64,000 bases of DNA from Opitutales bacterium (GCA_965197745.1 CBDANS010000005.1:224001-288000), one strand, 5' to 3'. Shown: positions 49,247 through 60,069, numbered from the stretch's first letter. Translations and numbers: made by a program. Notes: generated from the letters alone by a model not told the origin.

Positions 49247-50617
49247 TTATTTATGGACCACTCCATTGACAAAACTTACAGCCGTTTGTTCCATACTGGC
49301 AACCACCCCTTTTGCTTTGCGGCTCAGGAGTGCACCAAGAATAAGTGCAGGTATAGCAACGATGAGTCCAAATTCTGTGGTGATAAGGGCCTCTGAAATA
49401 CCCGTTGAGAGGGATTTTGCATCACCCGTTCCGAATACCGTGATCAATCTGAATGTTTTTATCATTCCCGTGACAGTTCCAAGAAGACCTAAGAGGGGAG
49501 CGGTAGCCGCGGTAACATGGATAAGCGGTAACATGCGTTCCAGTTTAGGCTGCGTGGTGATAATCTGTTCGTAAATCACTTCTTCCAACACCTCTTTTTC
49601 CTGATCAACGTTTTCAACCGCAGCCGTCAGCATTCCACCCACCGGGCCGCGAACCGATTTTGCATGAGCCAAAGCCTTTTCATTTTCATTGGCTTTAATA
49701 CTATTCAGGATGGTAGTGACATCGTCGGTTCGGGCGGGTTTTACTTTCGAGAGCTCAATCCATTTGTAAATAGCGATTAATAAAGCAAAGGTGGCCAAGC
49801 CAAGAATAGGGAACATAACGATACCCCCTTTCTTAATATGTTCGATCACGGTTTCCTTAGTAGCTGCAACTTTCAGGGCATCACCAAGCGTCGTATCAAT
49901 GGGTGCAATTCCGGCGCCGGTATTAGCCAGATTGGATATATTCTCATAGTGTTCTTCACCAATATCCTGAATGACAGCATTGGCTGAGCCAAGCGCCAGT
50001 TCTGCCAGACCGGCAACACCTTCATTACTTGCGAAATAAGCAATGGGTCCCATGACCACAAAATTGCCATCTTCATAGAGACCGTTGGGCATAATCGCCT
50101 TACCTTGGAAGGTGTTACCACCAATAATTTGACTGATTCGCTCAAAAGCCAGGTCGATTACTTCTAATTGATTTTCAAACTTTTCAGTGCCCGTTAAATT
50201 AATATTTTCCTGAGACTGCTTGGCGGTTTTTATCGTATCTTCATAGAGTTGCAGTTCTCCAATATGGATCTGCGTTTCAAAACGCCTGATATAGTCACCT
50301 AGCAGGCTGCTGAGGTAACTATTATTATCCTTGAGGCGGGCAATTCTATTTTCATATCCACGCAGGTCCACTTTACGGTTATCCCTGAGCCGCGCGGCTT
50401 GACTCGCTTCCTGGCGTTTTTGAATGGCTTCACTTTCCAAGGTGTTAAGTTCATTGGAGAGGGGTATGCGCTCGTCGACTACGGTTTTCCTCAAATCGGC
50501 AAGTTCGCTTAGAGAATTTTTTAAATCGGCCTCAGCCTGTTTGCTGGCTTTCTCAAATGTCTGTCCCGATAAAATCGTAGTGAATACCAGTGCTATAAAA
50601 AGGAGATATTTTTTCAT
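49247..50617 (-). CDS. Large ExbB-like protein with periplasmic N-terminal domain (TtpC type)
   Basis: Signal peptide and coiled coil; APLLGLLGTVTGMI, GISEALITTEFGL. Confidence 0.88.
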   Translation of the reverse strand: MKKYLLFIALVFTTILSGQTFEKASKQAEADLKNSLSELADLRKTVVDERIPLSNELNTLESEAIQKRQEASQAARLRDNRKVDLRGYENRIARLKDNNSYLSSLLGDYIRRFETQIHIGELQLYEDTIKTAKQSQENINLTGTEKFENQLEVIDLAFERISQIIGGNTFQGKAIMPNGLYEDGNFVVMGPIAYFASNEGVAGLAELALGSANAVIQDIGEEHYENISNLANTGAGIAPIDTTLGDALKVAATKETVIEHIKKGGIVMFPILGLATFALLIAIYKWIELSKVKPARTDDVTTILNSIKANENEKALAHAKSVRGPVGGMLTAAVENVDQEKEVLEEVIYEQIITTQPKLERMLPLIHVTAATAPLLGLLGTVTGMIKTFRLITVFGTGDAKSLSTGISEALITTEFGLIVAIPALILGALLSRKAKGVVASMEQTAVSFVNGVVHK

Positions 50618-50645
50618 AATTATGAGAATTCAGGAATTAGATAAA

Positions 50646-51434
50646 TTATTTAATGGTAACCGGTAAGTTTATAAAGACTTCAGCAGGGATTGTATTCTCA
50701 TAGATGGCAATCGAACGGCTGATACCAGCAGCTAAATCATTATTCTCTTCCCATTGCCATCCTTCCGGAGAGGGCACCCCAACACCTGAATATTTAGCGT
50801 TGCTATCAACATAATAGCCCTGGGCCAATCCAATATAGATAGTTTTCACCTCGGTAGTTTCACCCGTAGGCATTTCCCGGAGTTCACCAAATAAATTGAT
50901 GCTGTTGTTAAATTTATCTATTTCATTAAGCGTGCCGATAATAACGGCCATACGCTCTCCAGCGGAAAGTCGCGTTTTGCGGGGATTTTCCGGAATTTGA
51001 TTTAAGAGCGGTTCCAGTTTATTCTGCAGGGGGTCGGGAAGAGATTTTGCAATAGCTTTAACTTTCTCTTCGTACTTAGTAACAACATTGTCGACCACTT
51101 TTGAAGCGCTGCGCAATTCAGCTTCCTCATCTTCCAGCTCTACTCTCGCTCTATCAGCTTCAGTCGCTTCTTCTTCCGACTCTTCAATCTGAATATTGAG
51201 GGCTTCAATTTCATTTTTCAGAAGCTCAATCATGTAAGTCATGACACTCTTCTTTTCACGCCAATCGTTATCTTCCTTGGAGATAATCTGGCGGGTTGTT
51301 ACCCATTCTCCAACTATGGTGCGCGCCTTTTCAATCTTGTCTTCACTTTTCTTTATCGGACTTACTTGCGCCCCAATGGTGCATACTAGCATAAGCCCAA
51401 GTGAAGATATGCCGGCTAATAATTTTATATTCAT
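50646..51434 (-). CDS. DUF3450-like periplasmic coiled-coil protein
   Basis: First gene of the TonB2-type cluster; coiled coil, IYIGLAQGYYV, WQW, LPV C-terminus. Confidence 0.75.
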   Translation of the reverse strand: MNIKLLAGISSLGLMLVCTIGAQVSPIKKSEDKIEKARTIVGEWVTTRQIISKEDNDWREKKSVMTYMIELLKNEIEALNIQIEESEEEATEADRARVELEDEEAELRSASKVVDNVVTKYEEKVKAIAKSLPDPLQNKLEPLLNQIPENPRKTRLSAGERMAVIIGTLNEIDKFNNSINLFGELREMPTGETTEVKTIYIGLAQGYYVDSNAKYSGVGVPSPEGWQWEENNDLAAGISRSIAIYENTIPAEVFINLPVTIK

Positions 51435-51934
51435 ACGATGAGTTAGTTTTAGTTAAATAGTGTTTATTACAGGGATGACTAAAAATTTCGACTAAAGTGG
51501 TAATGAATTCAGCTCTATTATAAGCTGTATTAGCAGGGTGGAAATAAATTGAAAAGTGTCAGATTGGTCATCCACCCGCGATATTACAAATAAAAAATCA
51601 CAGTTTTTACATTTTTACAGGCAATCAGAATCACATAATCACTATAATAGAATATATTCACACCTGATAGAGAATCTTATCCCATCAGACTGAAATGAAG
51701 GGAGAGGGATTGAATGATCGACCATGGATCAATTAATCTGAAGCAAAGCTTGGGTATCTATTTCTAACCTGATTGAGAGCTTTACAAAGGTGTCCATCGG
51801 GGTTTTTTGCTTCTTTTTTAATTGTCAATCGATGTAAAATCATTTGGGTTAATTTCCTGCTGCCTCTATGGGTGCTTCCAAATGACTGGAACACCGATGT
51901 GATAAGCAGTTCACTTTTTAAGAATAACCGGTAT

Positions 51935-51950
51935 TATATATATATATATA
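51935..51950. repeat. (TA)8 microsatellite
   Basis: tatatatatatatata ending 2 nt before the rpmI ATG. Confidence 0.9.
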
Positions 51951-51952
51951 TT

Positions 51953-52141
51953 ATGCATAAAACGCGTAAATCTATTTCCAAGAAATTTAAAGTAACAGGG
52001 AGTGGCAAAATCATGCGTCGCAGCCCGGGTATGCGTCACAATTTGAGTAAGCAATCAGTAAAGCAAAAACGCGCGAACTCGAAGGATAAACCGGTCTCGA
52101 AAGCCTATTACTCAGTTATCAAGAAATCATTAAATATTTAA
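51953..52141 (+). CDS. rpmI: 50S ribosomal protein L35
   Basis: MHKTRKSISKKFKVTGSGKIMRRSPGMRHNL; upstream of rplT. True start is 51953, not 51773. Confidence 0.9.
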   Translation: MHKTRKSISKKFKVTGSGKIMRRSPGMRHNLSKQSVKQKRANSKDKPVSKAYYSVIKKSLNI

Positions 52142-52252
52142 GTTTAGAAAATTATATTATGTAAGCATTTATTTTTTAGGGTTTGCTGGGTAAATCATCA
52201 CTCATTACAATTAAAGGCGACCTGGCTGCCCTGAAGAGCAGGAGAAAGAAAC

Positions 52253-52615
52253 ATGCCTAGAAGCACACAATCTGTCGCAACGCGAAAACGCCGCAAACGG
52301 ACCCTTCAGCAGACTAAGGGTTATTGGGGCAATAAATCACGACTCTACCGCTATGCTAAAGAAGCGGTGGACCGGGCCGGTCAGTTTGCTTATCGAGACC
52401 GTCGAAAGAAGAAAAGCACCTGGCGGCAACTTTGGATTGTCCGAGTTAATGCCGCTTGCCGAGCGCATGATATCAATTACAGCCGATTTATTCATGGTTT
52501 AAAATTAGCAGGTATCGAACTGGACCGTAAATCGCTATCGGAAATTGCTATTAATGATGAACCTGCCTTTAAGGCTCTGGTAGAAAAATCAATAAAGGCA
52601 AATAAAGCTGCTTAA
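52253..52615 (+). CDS. rplT: 50S ribosomal protein L20
   Basis: KGYWG, AYRDRRKKK, RQLWIVRVNAA, YSRFIHGL, LDRKSL. Confidence 0.97.
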   Translation: MPRSTQSVATRKRRKRTLQQTKGYWGNKSRLYRYAKEAVDRAGQFAYRDRRKKKSTWRQLWIVRVNAACRAHDINYSRFIHGLKLAGIELDRKSLSEIAINDEPAFKALVEKSIKANKAA

Positions 52616-52713
52616 AGTCCGTTGTAATCATCAGGGTCTTTGTCCCATTATAAATATCTCGGATAGAGGGGCAGTTATTAACTGTAGTTAGATTACCTTC
52701 TTCCCTATTAACC

Positions 52714-53754
52714 ATGGAAGATAAGCTTAAAGCTATCCTAGATGAAGTGCAGACCGGTGTTAATGAACTGCATAGTCGCGCTGATTTTGAAGCTTTTAAA
52801 GCGCGATTGATTGGCCCCAGAGGTAGTTTCACGCAAATTGGAAAAGGGATAAGTGAATTACCGAAAGAAGAGCGCCCAAAATTTGGGAAACGTATCAATG
52901 AAGTAAAAAGGCAAATCGAGCTGTTACTCAGTCAATCACTTGAAAAAATTGAAAAAAATGAATTGTTGAAAAGTCTGGGTGCTGAGGTTGACCCCACGCT
53001 TCCCAGTCCTGATGATGGACCGGGGTCTCATCACATCCTTAGCCAGGTGCGACGGGAAATCTGCAGCATTTTTCGAAAAGTAGGTTTTACGGTTGCTGAG
53101 GGTCCCGAGCTCGAAACCGAATTCCATTGTTTCGACGCCCTTAATACTCCGCCGGACCACCCAGCTCGTGATGTCCAGGATACCTATTACCTTCCCCCAT
53201 CATTTAAATCTGGAAACCTGTCAAAAGGTGATGATGAGCGGTATGTTTTGCGGACTCATACATCAACGGTACAAGTGCGAACACTAATGGCGGAAGATCC
53301 ACCCCTTCGAATTATATCGCCGGGACGGGTTTTCCGTCGCGACACCATGGATGCAACCCATAGCGCTAATTTCACACAGATTGAGGGGCTCTATGTTGAC
53401 AAGAACGTCACGGTTAAGGATCTCAAGGCTGTCCTTGATTACTTCATTCAGTCCCTTTTGGGAGAAAATACGCGATTCCGATTCCGGCCGCATTTTTTCC
53501 CCTACACGGAGCCCAGTTTTGAAGTTGATTTCTATTCGGCCCATCTAGCCAAAGTGGGAGCTGAATGGACAGAAATTATGGGGTGTGGCATGGTAGATCC
53601 CGCTCTATTTGAAGCCGTTAATTATGATCCCCATGAATGGACGGGTTATGCTTTTGGCATGGGAATCGAACGCATTGCCATGATCCTCTATGGTATAGAT
53701 GATGTCCGTTACTTTTACCATAATGACCATCGGTTTCTTAAGCAGTTTTCATGA
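52714..53754 (+). CDS. pheS: Phenylalanine--tRNA ligase alpha subunit
   Basis: HPARDVQDT, LRTHTS, DATHS, FPYTEPS, GCGMV, AFGMGIER. Confidence 0.97.
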   Translation: MEDKLKAILDEVQTGVNELHSRADFEAFKARLIGPRGSFTQIGKGISELPKEERPKFGKRINEVKRQIELLLSQSLEKIEKNELLKSLGAEVDPTLPSPDDGPGSHHILSQVRREICSIFRKVGFTVAEGPELETEFHCFDALNTPPDHPARDVQDTYYLPPSFKSGNLSKGDDERYVLRTHTSTVQVRTLMAEDPPLRIISPGRVFRRDTMDATHSANFTQIEGLYVDKNVTVKDLKAVLDYFIQSLLGENTRFRFRPHFFPYTEPSFEVDFYSAHLAKVGAEWTEIMGCGMVDPALFEAVNYDPHEWTGYAFGMGIERIAMILYGIDDVRYFYHNDHRFLKQFS

Positions 53755-53865
53755 CACGTCAGGGTATGAATCTGTATTGATTTTAATTTATGATTTAAAA
53801 CGTCAAGCAATTTGAAGCGTAAATCCGAATCCCATCTACCAGTAAATCACTAACATTCAACCTCT

Positions 53866-56313
53866 ATGAAAATAAGCCTTGAGTGGCTCAGTCGATATAT
53901 AGAATTGGATAAGTCTCCTCAAGAAATTGAAGAGGCGCTTACTCTTATTGGCTTTGAAGTTGAAGGCGTTGAAAATAGGGGACTGCCCCAAATGGATAAG
54001 GTTGTTGTGGGAGAGGTTATAAGCAGCGAAAGGCATCCCAATGCTGATCGTCTGAGTGTGTGTGAAGTTGCTGTGGGTGGCAATTCAGACAACCGGCAGA
54101 TTGTCTGCGGCGCTGATAATTATAAGGTGGGCGATCGAGTCCCGGTAGCCCTTCCCGGAGCTGAATTACCAGGCGGTTTGAAAATAAAAAAATCCAAATT
54201 GCGCGGAATTACATCTAAAGGGATGATGTGCAGCCCCAAAGAATTGGGCCTTGGTGATGAACATATGGGCTTGCTCATTCTGGAAGATCGTCCGGAGATC
54301 GGATTGCCCATAAATGAAGTATTTACAAACAATGATGTTGTCTTCGACATTGAAGTAACGCCGAACCGATCAGATTGCCTAAGTTATATCGGTATTGCGC
54401 GTGAACTGGGCGCTTTTTTTCACCAGAAGTTTTATTATCCTGAAGTAAAAGCAAGTTCAAGTAACAGCGATACCGGGAATAACCTTATAGACACGGTTCG
54501 CGTCGATACTGTGGAAAACTGTCCCCATTATCGTGCCTATTCCATTCAGAATGTGAAAATTGTTTCCAGCCCCGACTGGTTGCAACGATTGCTTAAAACT
54601 GTGGGACTGCGTCCTATTAATAATGTTGTCGATATTACTAATTTCGTTCTCCACGAACTCGGACATCCTCTGCATGCTTTTGATGCATCTAAAATACGCG
54701 GACGCCAACTGATTATCCGACCTGCTCAGCAGGGGGAAAAGATAATTACGCTCGACGATCATGAGCGGGAATTACTGTGGGATATGACGGTAATTGCAGA
54801 CACTGAAAGGGCATTGGTGATTGGTGGTATAATGGGAAGCATAGAAGCGGAAGTGGATGAGAATACAACGGATCTGGTTTTGGAAGCAGCCTATTTTAAT
54901 CCCATCAATATCCGGCGCACCTCACGTACCCTCGGTCTCTCTACTGACAGCTCATACAGGTACGAGCGCGGTGTCGATCCTTGCGGCGCTGAGTATGCCG
55001 CCATACGTGCAATCGATTTGATAGAGGAAATTGCCGGTGGGGAATTAGCGGGATCACCCCTTGTTAAAGGCGAACCATCAATGATTGAACGGGAAATTGA
55101 AATTTCGCCAGAATTCGTGTGTCAACGGCTCGGTTTCAAAGTTGAAAATGGGCTTATTCAAGAAGCTTTCGAAGGGCTGCAACTCAACGTAAGTATTCAT
55201 GAGACGGAAAATGGGAGCGAAACCTGGAATGTTGGGATACCGAGTTACCGACTGGATCTCGAAAGGCGTGTTGATCTGGTCGAAGAATTCCTTCGCATTT
55301 ATGGAACCAATAACATTCCTGCAGCTAAGGTTGTAACCCCAGGACTGATGCGCGAAGATGATTCCATCAGCGTAAATTTAAACGATATGTCCGATTATTT
55401 AGTGGGCCAGAATTTCAATGAATGTGCCAACTATAGCACACGCAGTGAAGAAGAATTGCTGCACTGGTATACTCAAACTGACGCCAACAGCTTGCAAATA
55501 GCTAATCCTCTCTCAAGTGACCAAAGCCATTTGCGAAGTTCCCTGATACCTGGGCTCCTTGATAACGTGAAGCTTAATCAGTCCCGTGGAAATAATTTGA
55601 GACGGGTATTTGAAAGTGGGCGGGTATATAAAGAGCGAGACGGCTCAGTGTGGGAACTCATTTCTGTAGCTTTTCTTGTAGTTCAAACCCCGATGCCGGA
55701 AACCTGGCTTGCTCGCGAAGCACCTGATTTCCATCATGCGAAAAATACGGTGCGCAATATTTTAAAAATATCCGGAATTAACTGTGTAGAAGAATCATTT
55801 ATCCCGCTCGTTGGAGAAAATTCCTGGCAGGAAGGTCATTCGGCGACAACCGGTGATTTCATTAACGGATACGAAGCGAGGGTTGGTCTTGTCAGTCATC
55901 CCATGCTTAGAAAATGGGACTTCATAGGCACTATCCTTGGGGGTGAAATATATATCCAACCTGAATTTCTAAAACAGAAAAGAGAGAAGCCTTATCACCA
56001 GCCTTTTAGCCAATTTCCGCCCACCACGAAAGATCTTGCTCTCCTTGTCGATGAAAAAGTTCTCGCTGGTAAAGTTAGGTTGGATCTGGAGAACGTCGCA
56101 CGAGAATGCGTTGGCAGTGATTATGAATTAGAGTCGGTTACAATTTTTGATCTCTATCAGGGGAAAGAACTTCCAGATGGCAAGAAAAGCATCGCGTTTT
56201 CACTGGTATTTCGCTCTTTGGGCCGAACCTTAACTGATGATGAGGTCAATCCTGTCTTTGAGGCCATTCAAGGTAAGATAACTGAAGGTAATGATTACAG
56301 TGTTCGATCATAA
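53866..56313 (+). CDS. pheT: Phenylalanine--tRNA ligase beta subunit
   Basis: HPNADRL, IVCGA, TPNRSDCLS, NNVVDITN, FDLYQG, KKSIAF. Confidence 0.97.
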   Translation: MKISLEWLSRYIELDKSPQEIEEALTLIGFEVEGVENRGLPQMDKVVVGEVISSERHPNADRLSVCEVAVGGNSDNRQIVCGADNYKVGDRVPVALPGAELPGGLKIKKSKLRGITSKGMMCSPKELGLGDEHMGLLILEDRPEIGLPINEVFTNNDVVFDIEVTPNRSDCLSYIGIARELGAFFHQKFYYPEVKASSSNSDTGNNLIDTVRVDTVENCPHYRAYSIQNVKIVSSPDWLQRLLKTVGLRPINNVVDITNFVLHELGHPLHAFDASKIRGRQLIIRPAQQGEKIITLDDHERELLWDMTVIADTERALVIGGIMGSIEAEVDENTTDLVLEAAYFNPINIRRTSRTLGLSTDSSYRYERGVDPCGAEYAAIRAIDLIEEIAGGELAGSPLVKGEPSMIEREIEISPEFVCQRLGFKVENGLIQEAFEGLQLNVSIHETENGSETWNVGIPSYRLDLERRVDLVEEFLRIYGTNNIPAAKVVTPGLMREDDSISVNLNDMSDYLVGQNFNECANYSTRSEEELLHWYTQTDANSLQIANPLSSDQSHLRSSLIPGLLDNVKLNQSRGNNLRRVFESGRVYKERDGSVWELISVAFLVVQTPMPETWLAREAPDFHHAKNTVRNILKISGINCVEESFIPLVGENSWQEGHSATTGDFINGYEARVGLVSHPMLRKWDFIGTILGGEIYIQPEFLKQKREKPYHQPFSQFPPTTKDLALLVDEKVLAGKVRLDLENVARECVGSDYELESVTIFDLYQGKELPDGKKSIAFSLVFRSLGRTLTDDEVNPVFEAIQGKITEGNDYSVRS

Positions 56314-56390
56314 ATATCCTCTCCGAGTTAACCCCTTCCGTAATCCTTTGATCTTGCCTTTAGGTTGATACTCATCAAAACCCCATTGGC

Positions 56391-56681
56391 ATGGCTGACC
56401 CCTTAAGAATTGATATCGACTATGTGTCGAATCTCGCGCGCCTGGAATTAACGGATGAAGAAAAAAAGAAGTTTTCCGCCCAACTCAGAGATGTGCTGAC
56501 CTATTTTGAACGGATCAACAAAATAGATGTTAGCGGGGTTGAACCGATGGCCCATGCTTTTCCCGTATATAATGTATGGAATGAAGATAAGGGAGTAGAA
56601 GGATTTACAGTTGAAGAAGCGCTGAAAAACGCACCGGCTGAGCGTGATAATCAAATTGTCGTGCCCAAAATAGTCGAGTAA
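56391..56681 (+). CDS. gatC: Asp/Glu-tRNA amidotransferase subunit C
   Basis: VSNLARLEL, GVEPM, ALKNAP, VPKIVE. Confidence 0.95.
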   Translation: MADPLRIDIDYVSNLARLELTDEEKKKFSAQLRDVLTYFERINKIDVSGVEPMAHAFPVYNVWNEDKGVEGFTVEEALKNAPAERDNQIVVPKIVE

Positions 56682-56748
56682 TAAAGGACGCCAGTGACCT
56701 TCACAAGTTCGAGGGTATATTGTAAATAGATATCAATATATATAAAAA

Positions 56749-58212
56749 ATGTCCGAACTCTATTATAAGACAGCAATTGATTTAAGCGGCATGCTTGAAA
56801 ATGGTGAAATCTCTTCCTCTGAATTGACAGAGGCGATAATTGAACGCACCAAGGCTGTTGACCCAAAAGTAAAAGCATTTCTTCAATTTGATGAGGGAAA
56901 TGCGATTAAACAGGCTAAAACCAGTGACGCACGTCGTGCTCGCGGCGAATCCTGTGGACCCCTCGAAGGGATACCCGTTGGTCTTAAAGATGTAATATCA
57001 GTCAAAGGAGAACAGCTTACCTGTTCGAGTAAAATACTCGGAAATTTTATCTCTCCCTATGATGCGACAACGACGACGAAGCTTAAAAATGCGGGGGCCG
57101 TTCTTTGGGGGCGTTTAAATATGGATGAATTTGCCATGGGATCGTCAACGGAGAACTCTTCATTTCAAGTTACCTCTAATCCATGGGCATTGGAACGGAT
57201 TCCCGGTGGGAGCAGTGGCGGCAGTGCCGCCTCTGTGTCTGCAGGAGAAGCGGTAGTAACTTTAGGTAGCGATACTGGTGGATCCATTCGCCAACCTGCC
57301 TCTCTTTGTGGAGTTGTTGGTATGAAGCCGACTTATGGGCTAATTTCACGATATGGGCTCGTAGCCTATGCTTCTTCACTGGATCAGATTGGACCTATCG
57401 GTCGTTGCGTTGAAGATGTCGCGATACTCTTGCAGGTCATTGCCGGACATGATCCCTTGGATTCAACTTCTATAAGCACGGAAATTCCCGATTACCGCGC
57501 TGCCCTTAGAGAGCAATCCGATCCCTTGAAACTAGGCGTCCCACGGGAATATTTTGGCGAAGGTTTGGATAAAGAAGTAGAAACAGCAATAGAGAATGCC
57601 ATAGAATTTTATAAAAATGAAGGTTGTGAGATAATTGATGTCTCCTTGCCGCACACCGATTTAGCGGTCCCTGTATATTATATCATCGCTACAGCGGAAG
57701 CCTCGTCAAATCTCGCCCGTTACGATGGGATTCGCTATACCCATAGGAGTGAAAAGGCTACCGACTCGGTAGATATTTATTTCAAATCCAGAGCTGAGGG
57801 ATTCGGGGAGGAAGTTAAACGACGTATTATCCTGGGCACCTACGTATTGAGTAGCGGTTATTACGATGCCTATTACCTCCGCGCTCAAAAAGTGCGTACT
57901 CTTATTCGGCAGGATTTTATGAAAGCCTTTGAATCGGTCGATGCCTTGATTACCCCTACGTCTCCAACTGTCGCTTTCAAAATAGGAGAACGTTCTGACA
58001 ACCCACTCGCGATGTATCTAAGTGATATATACACAATATCACTCAATCTCTCAGGATTACCCGGCCTCTCTATTCCCTGTGGATTTAATTCGGAAAATCT
58101 ACCCATCGGGTTGCAAATCATTGGCAGACCCTTTCACGAAAGTGATATCCTCTCTCTGGCCCATAAATTTGAAAGCCACCACGATTTTCATCTGCAGCAC
58201 CCCGTGCTTTGA
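56749..58212 (+). CDS. gatA: Asp/Glu-tRNA amidotransferase subunit A
   Basis: NMDEFAMGSSTENS, PGGSSGGSAA, GSDTGGSIRQPA, SSNLARYDG. Confidence 0.97.
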   Translation: MSELYYKTAIDLSGMLENGEISSSELTEAIIERTKAVDPKVKAFLQFDEGNAIKQAKTSDARRARGESCGPLEGIPVGLKDVISVKGEQLTCSSKILGNFISPYDATTTTKLKNAGAVLWGRLNMDEFAMGSSTENSSFQVTSNPWALERIPGGSSGGSAASVSAGEAVVTLGSDTGGSIRQPASLCGVVGMKPTYGLISRYGLVAYASSLDQIGPIGRCVEDVAILLQVIAGHDPLDSTSISTEIPDYRAALREQSDPLKLGVPREYFGEGLDKEVETAIENAIEFYKNEGCEIIDVSLPHTDLAVPVYYIIATAEASSNLARYDGIRYTHRSEKATDSVDIYFKSRAEGFGEEVKRRIILGTYVLSSGYYDAYYLRAQKVRTLIRQDFMKAFESVDALITPTSPTVAFKIGERSDNPLAMYLSDIYTISLNLSGLPGLSIPCGFNSENLPIGLQIIGRPFHESDILSLAHKFESHHDFHLQHPVL

Positions 58213-58269
58213 ATTTTATTTAATAATCTTTTAATCGTCACTCATTAGAATTTTATTATTATTGTTACA

Positions 58270-59727
58270 ATGGAGTATGAAGCAGTAATTGGGCTTGAAG
58301 TACACGTTCAATTAAAAACCGAGTCTAAAATGTTTACCCGCGTAAGCTATCGTTATGCGGCGCCGCCTAACACTTTGACTAACCCCGTTGTTATGGGGAT
58401 GCCCGGCACCTTACCGGTAATGAATAAAGGAGCTGTTGAAAAAACTATTATCGTAGGGCTGATGTTTGGTTGTGATATCGCTCATCTCTGTAAATGGGAT
58501 AGAAAAAATTATTTTTATCCCGACATGCCTAAAAATTATCAAATATCCCAGTACGACCAACCGCTCTGTGAAAGGGGAGCGGTAGAGATAGAATTACCCG
58601 GTCCATCGCGCAATACAATGGGTGAACATCGCAAGGTGGATCTTACGCGCATCCATTTGGAGGAAGACGCCGGTAAATCAACGCATTATGAATACGATAG
58701 CACTTTGGATTTCAATCGGTCAGGGGCATGCCTTATAGAAATTGTGTCAGAACCGGTTTTACACAGTGCGGAGGAAGCTTTTGCCTATTTGACAGCATTG
58801 CGCATGAATTTGATGTATGAGGATATATCAGACTGTGATATGGAAAAAGGGCAGATGCGCTGTGATGCCAATATAAGCATTCGCCTGAAAGGAGATACCG
58901 AATTGGGCGAAAAAGTTGAGCTGAAAAACCTGAATACTATATCTGGTGTCCGCAATGGTCTGGATTTTGAGATCGAACGCCAAATCAATGCCTTGAAAAA
59001 GGGGGACAGAATTGTTCAGGAAACACGTCTGTGGAATGCGGAAAGGGGAATAACTGCCCCGATGCGTTCAAAAGAAGAGGCGCACGACTATCGTTATTTC
59101 CCCGATCCCGATCTTATGCCGGTAAAAATAGAAGAGGATACGATTGAACGATTACGCGCTACACTTACTGAAATGCCTTATGACAAGCAGCGCCGCTTCA
59201 TGGAAAAGTATGATTTGCCTTACACCGTAACTTCAGTGCTCTGTCCCGATAAAGCATTATGTGATTTTTTTGAAGCAGCGGTGACCCTATACAATAAACC
59301 CAAACCGATTGCTAATTTTATCACGAATGATCTGTTGCGCGAACTTTCCGCGTCGGGGACGAATGGAACACTTCCCCTTAAACATTGTAAAGTGACTCCT
59401 GAAGACATTGCCTGTCTGGCGAGAATGGTCGATGAAGGCACTATTTCAAAACAGATTGCTCAGGATGTTTTCATCGATACATTTAAAACGGGTAAGAACC
59501 CTGAAAAAATAGTAAATGAGAAGGGCCTTATACAATCGAGTGACACGGAAGAGTTGGAGGAAATATGCAGTGATGTTATAAGCAAGAATCCGAAGCCCGC
59601 TGAAGAATTCAAAGGAGGTAAGGATAATGCCATAAATGCTTTGAAAGGACAGGTAATGAAGGCTACACAAGGCAAAGCTAACCCTAAAATCGTAGATGAT
59701 CTGTTACGTAAATTATTGACCAGCTAA
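58270..59727 (+). CDS. gatB: Asp/Glu-tRNA amidotransferase subunit B
   Basis: VIGLEVHVQL, RKNYFYPD, RIHLEEDAGK, RCDANIS, DYRYFPDPD. Confidence 0.97.
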   Translation: MEYEAVIGLEVHVQLKTESKMFTRVSYRYAAPPNTLTNPVVMGMPGTLPVMNKGAVEKTIIVGLMFGCDIAHLCKWDRKNYFYPDMPKNYQISQYDQPLCERGAVEIELPGPSRNTMGEHRKVDLTRIHLEEDAGKSTHYEYDSTLDFNRSGACLIEIVSEPVLHSAEEAFAYLTALRMNLMYEDISDCDMEKGQMRCDANISIRLKGDTELGEKVELKNLNTISGVRNGLDFEIERQINALKKGDRIVQETRLWNAERGITAPMRSKEEAHDYRYFPDPDLMPVKIEEDTIERLRATLTEMPYDKQRRFMEKYDLPYTVTSVLCPDKALCDFFEAAVTLYNKPKPIANFITNDLLRELSASGTNGTLPLKHCKVTPEDIACLARMVDEGTISKQIAQDVFIDTFKTGKNPEKIVNEKGLIQSSDTEELEEICSDVISKNPKPAEEFKGGKDNAINALKGQVMKATQGKANPKIVDDLLRKLLTS

Positions 59728-59793
59728 GATACATTTTCTTCGTCTTTAATCTTTCATCATTTATGAAATGGATTATTCTAAGGACAAAACAAT

Positions 59794-60069
59794 ATGATGG
59801 ACGCAAAAATATCTAAAAATTTAGGCATCTTCACCCTAATTTTGGGCATTGCATCATGGGCATTGCTCACCCTGTCTTTGATAGTCGGACACGGCGAACC
59901 CCATGCCTGGGCTATAGCTGCTGCTTCTGCTGCCGGAGCTTTTGCTCTAGTGGGATCTTTTACGGGCTTAGTAGCACTGGCCCGTTACCCTGAAAAAATT
60001 CACAACTGGTTTGGTCTTCTGCTATGCCTCGCATGGTTGGGCTTTTTTACGGGGGCGAGAATGCTTTGA
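59794..60069 (+). CDS. Small membrane protein (3 hydrophobic segments)
   Basis: Hydrophobic ORF that fills the intergenic gap. Confidence 0.6.
   Translation: MMDAKISKNLGIFTLILGIASWALLTLSLIVGHGEPHAWAIAAASAAGAFALVGSFTGLVALARYPEKIHNWFGLLLCLAWLGFFTGARML

Noticed and set aside
51773..51952. N-terminal extension of L35 in the ORF track
   Set aside because: It translates the TA microsatellite (YIYIYI); L35 similarity begins at ATG 51953.
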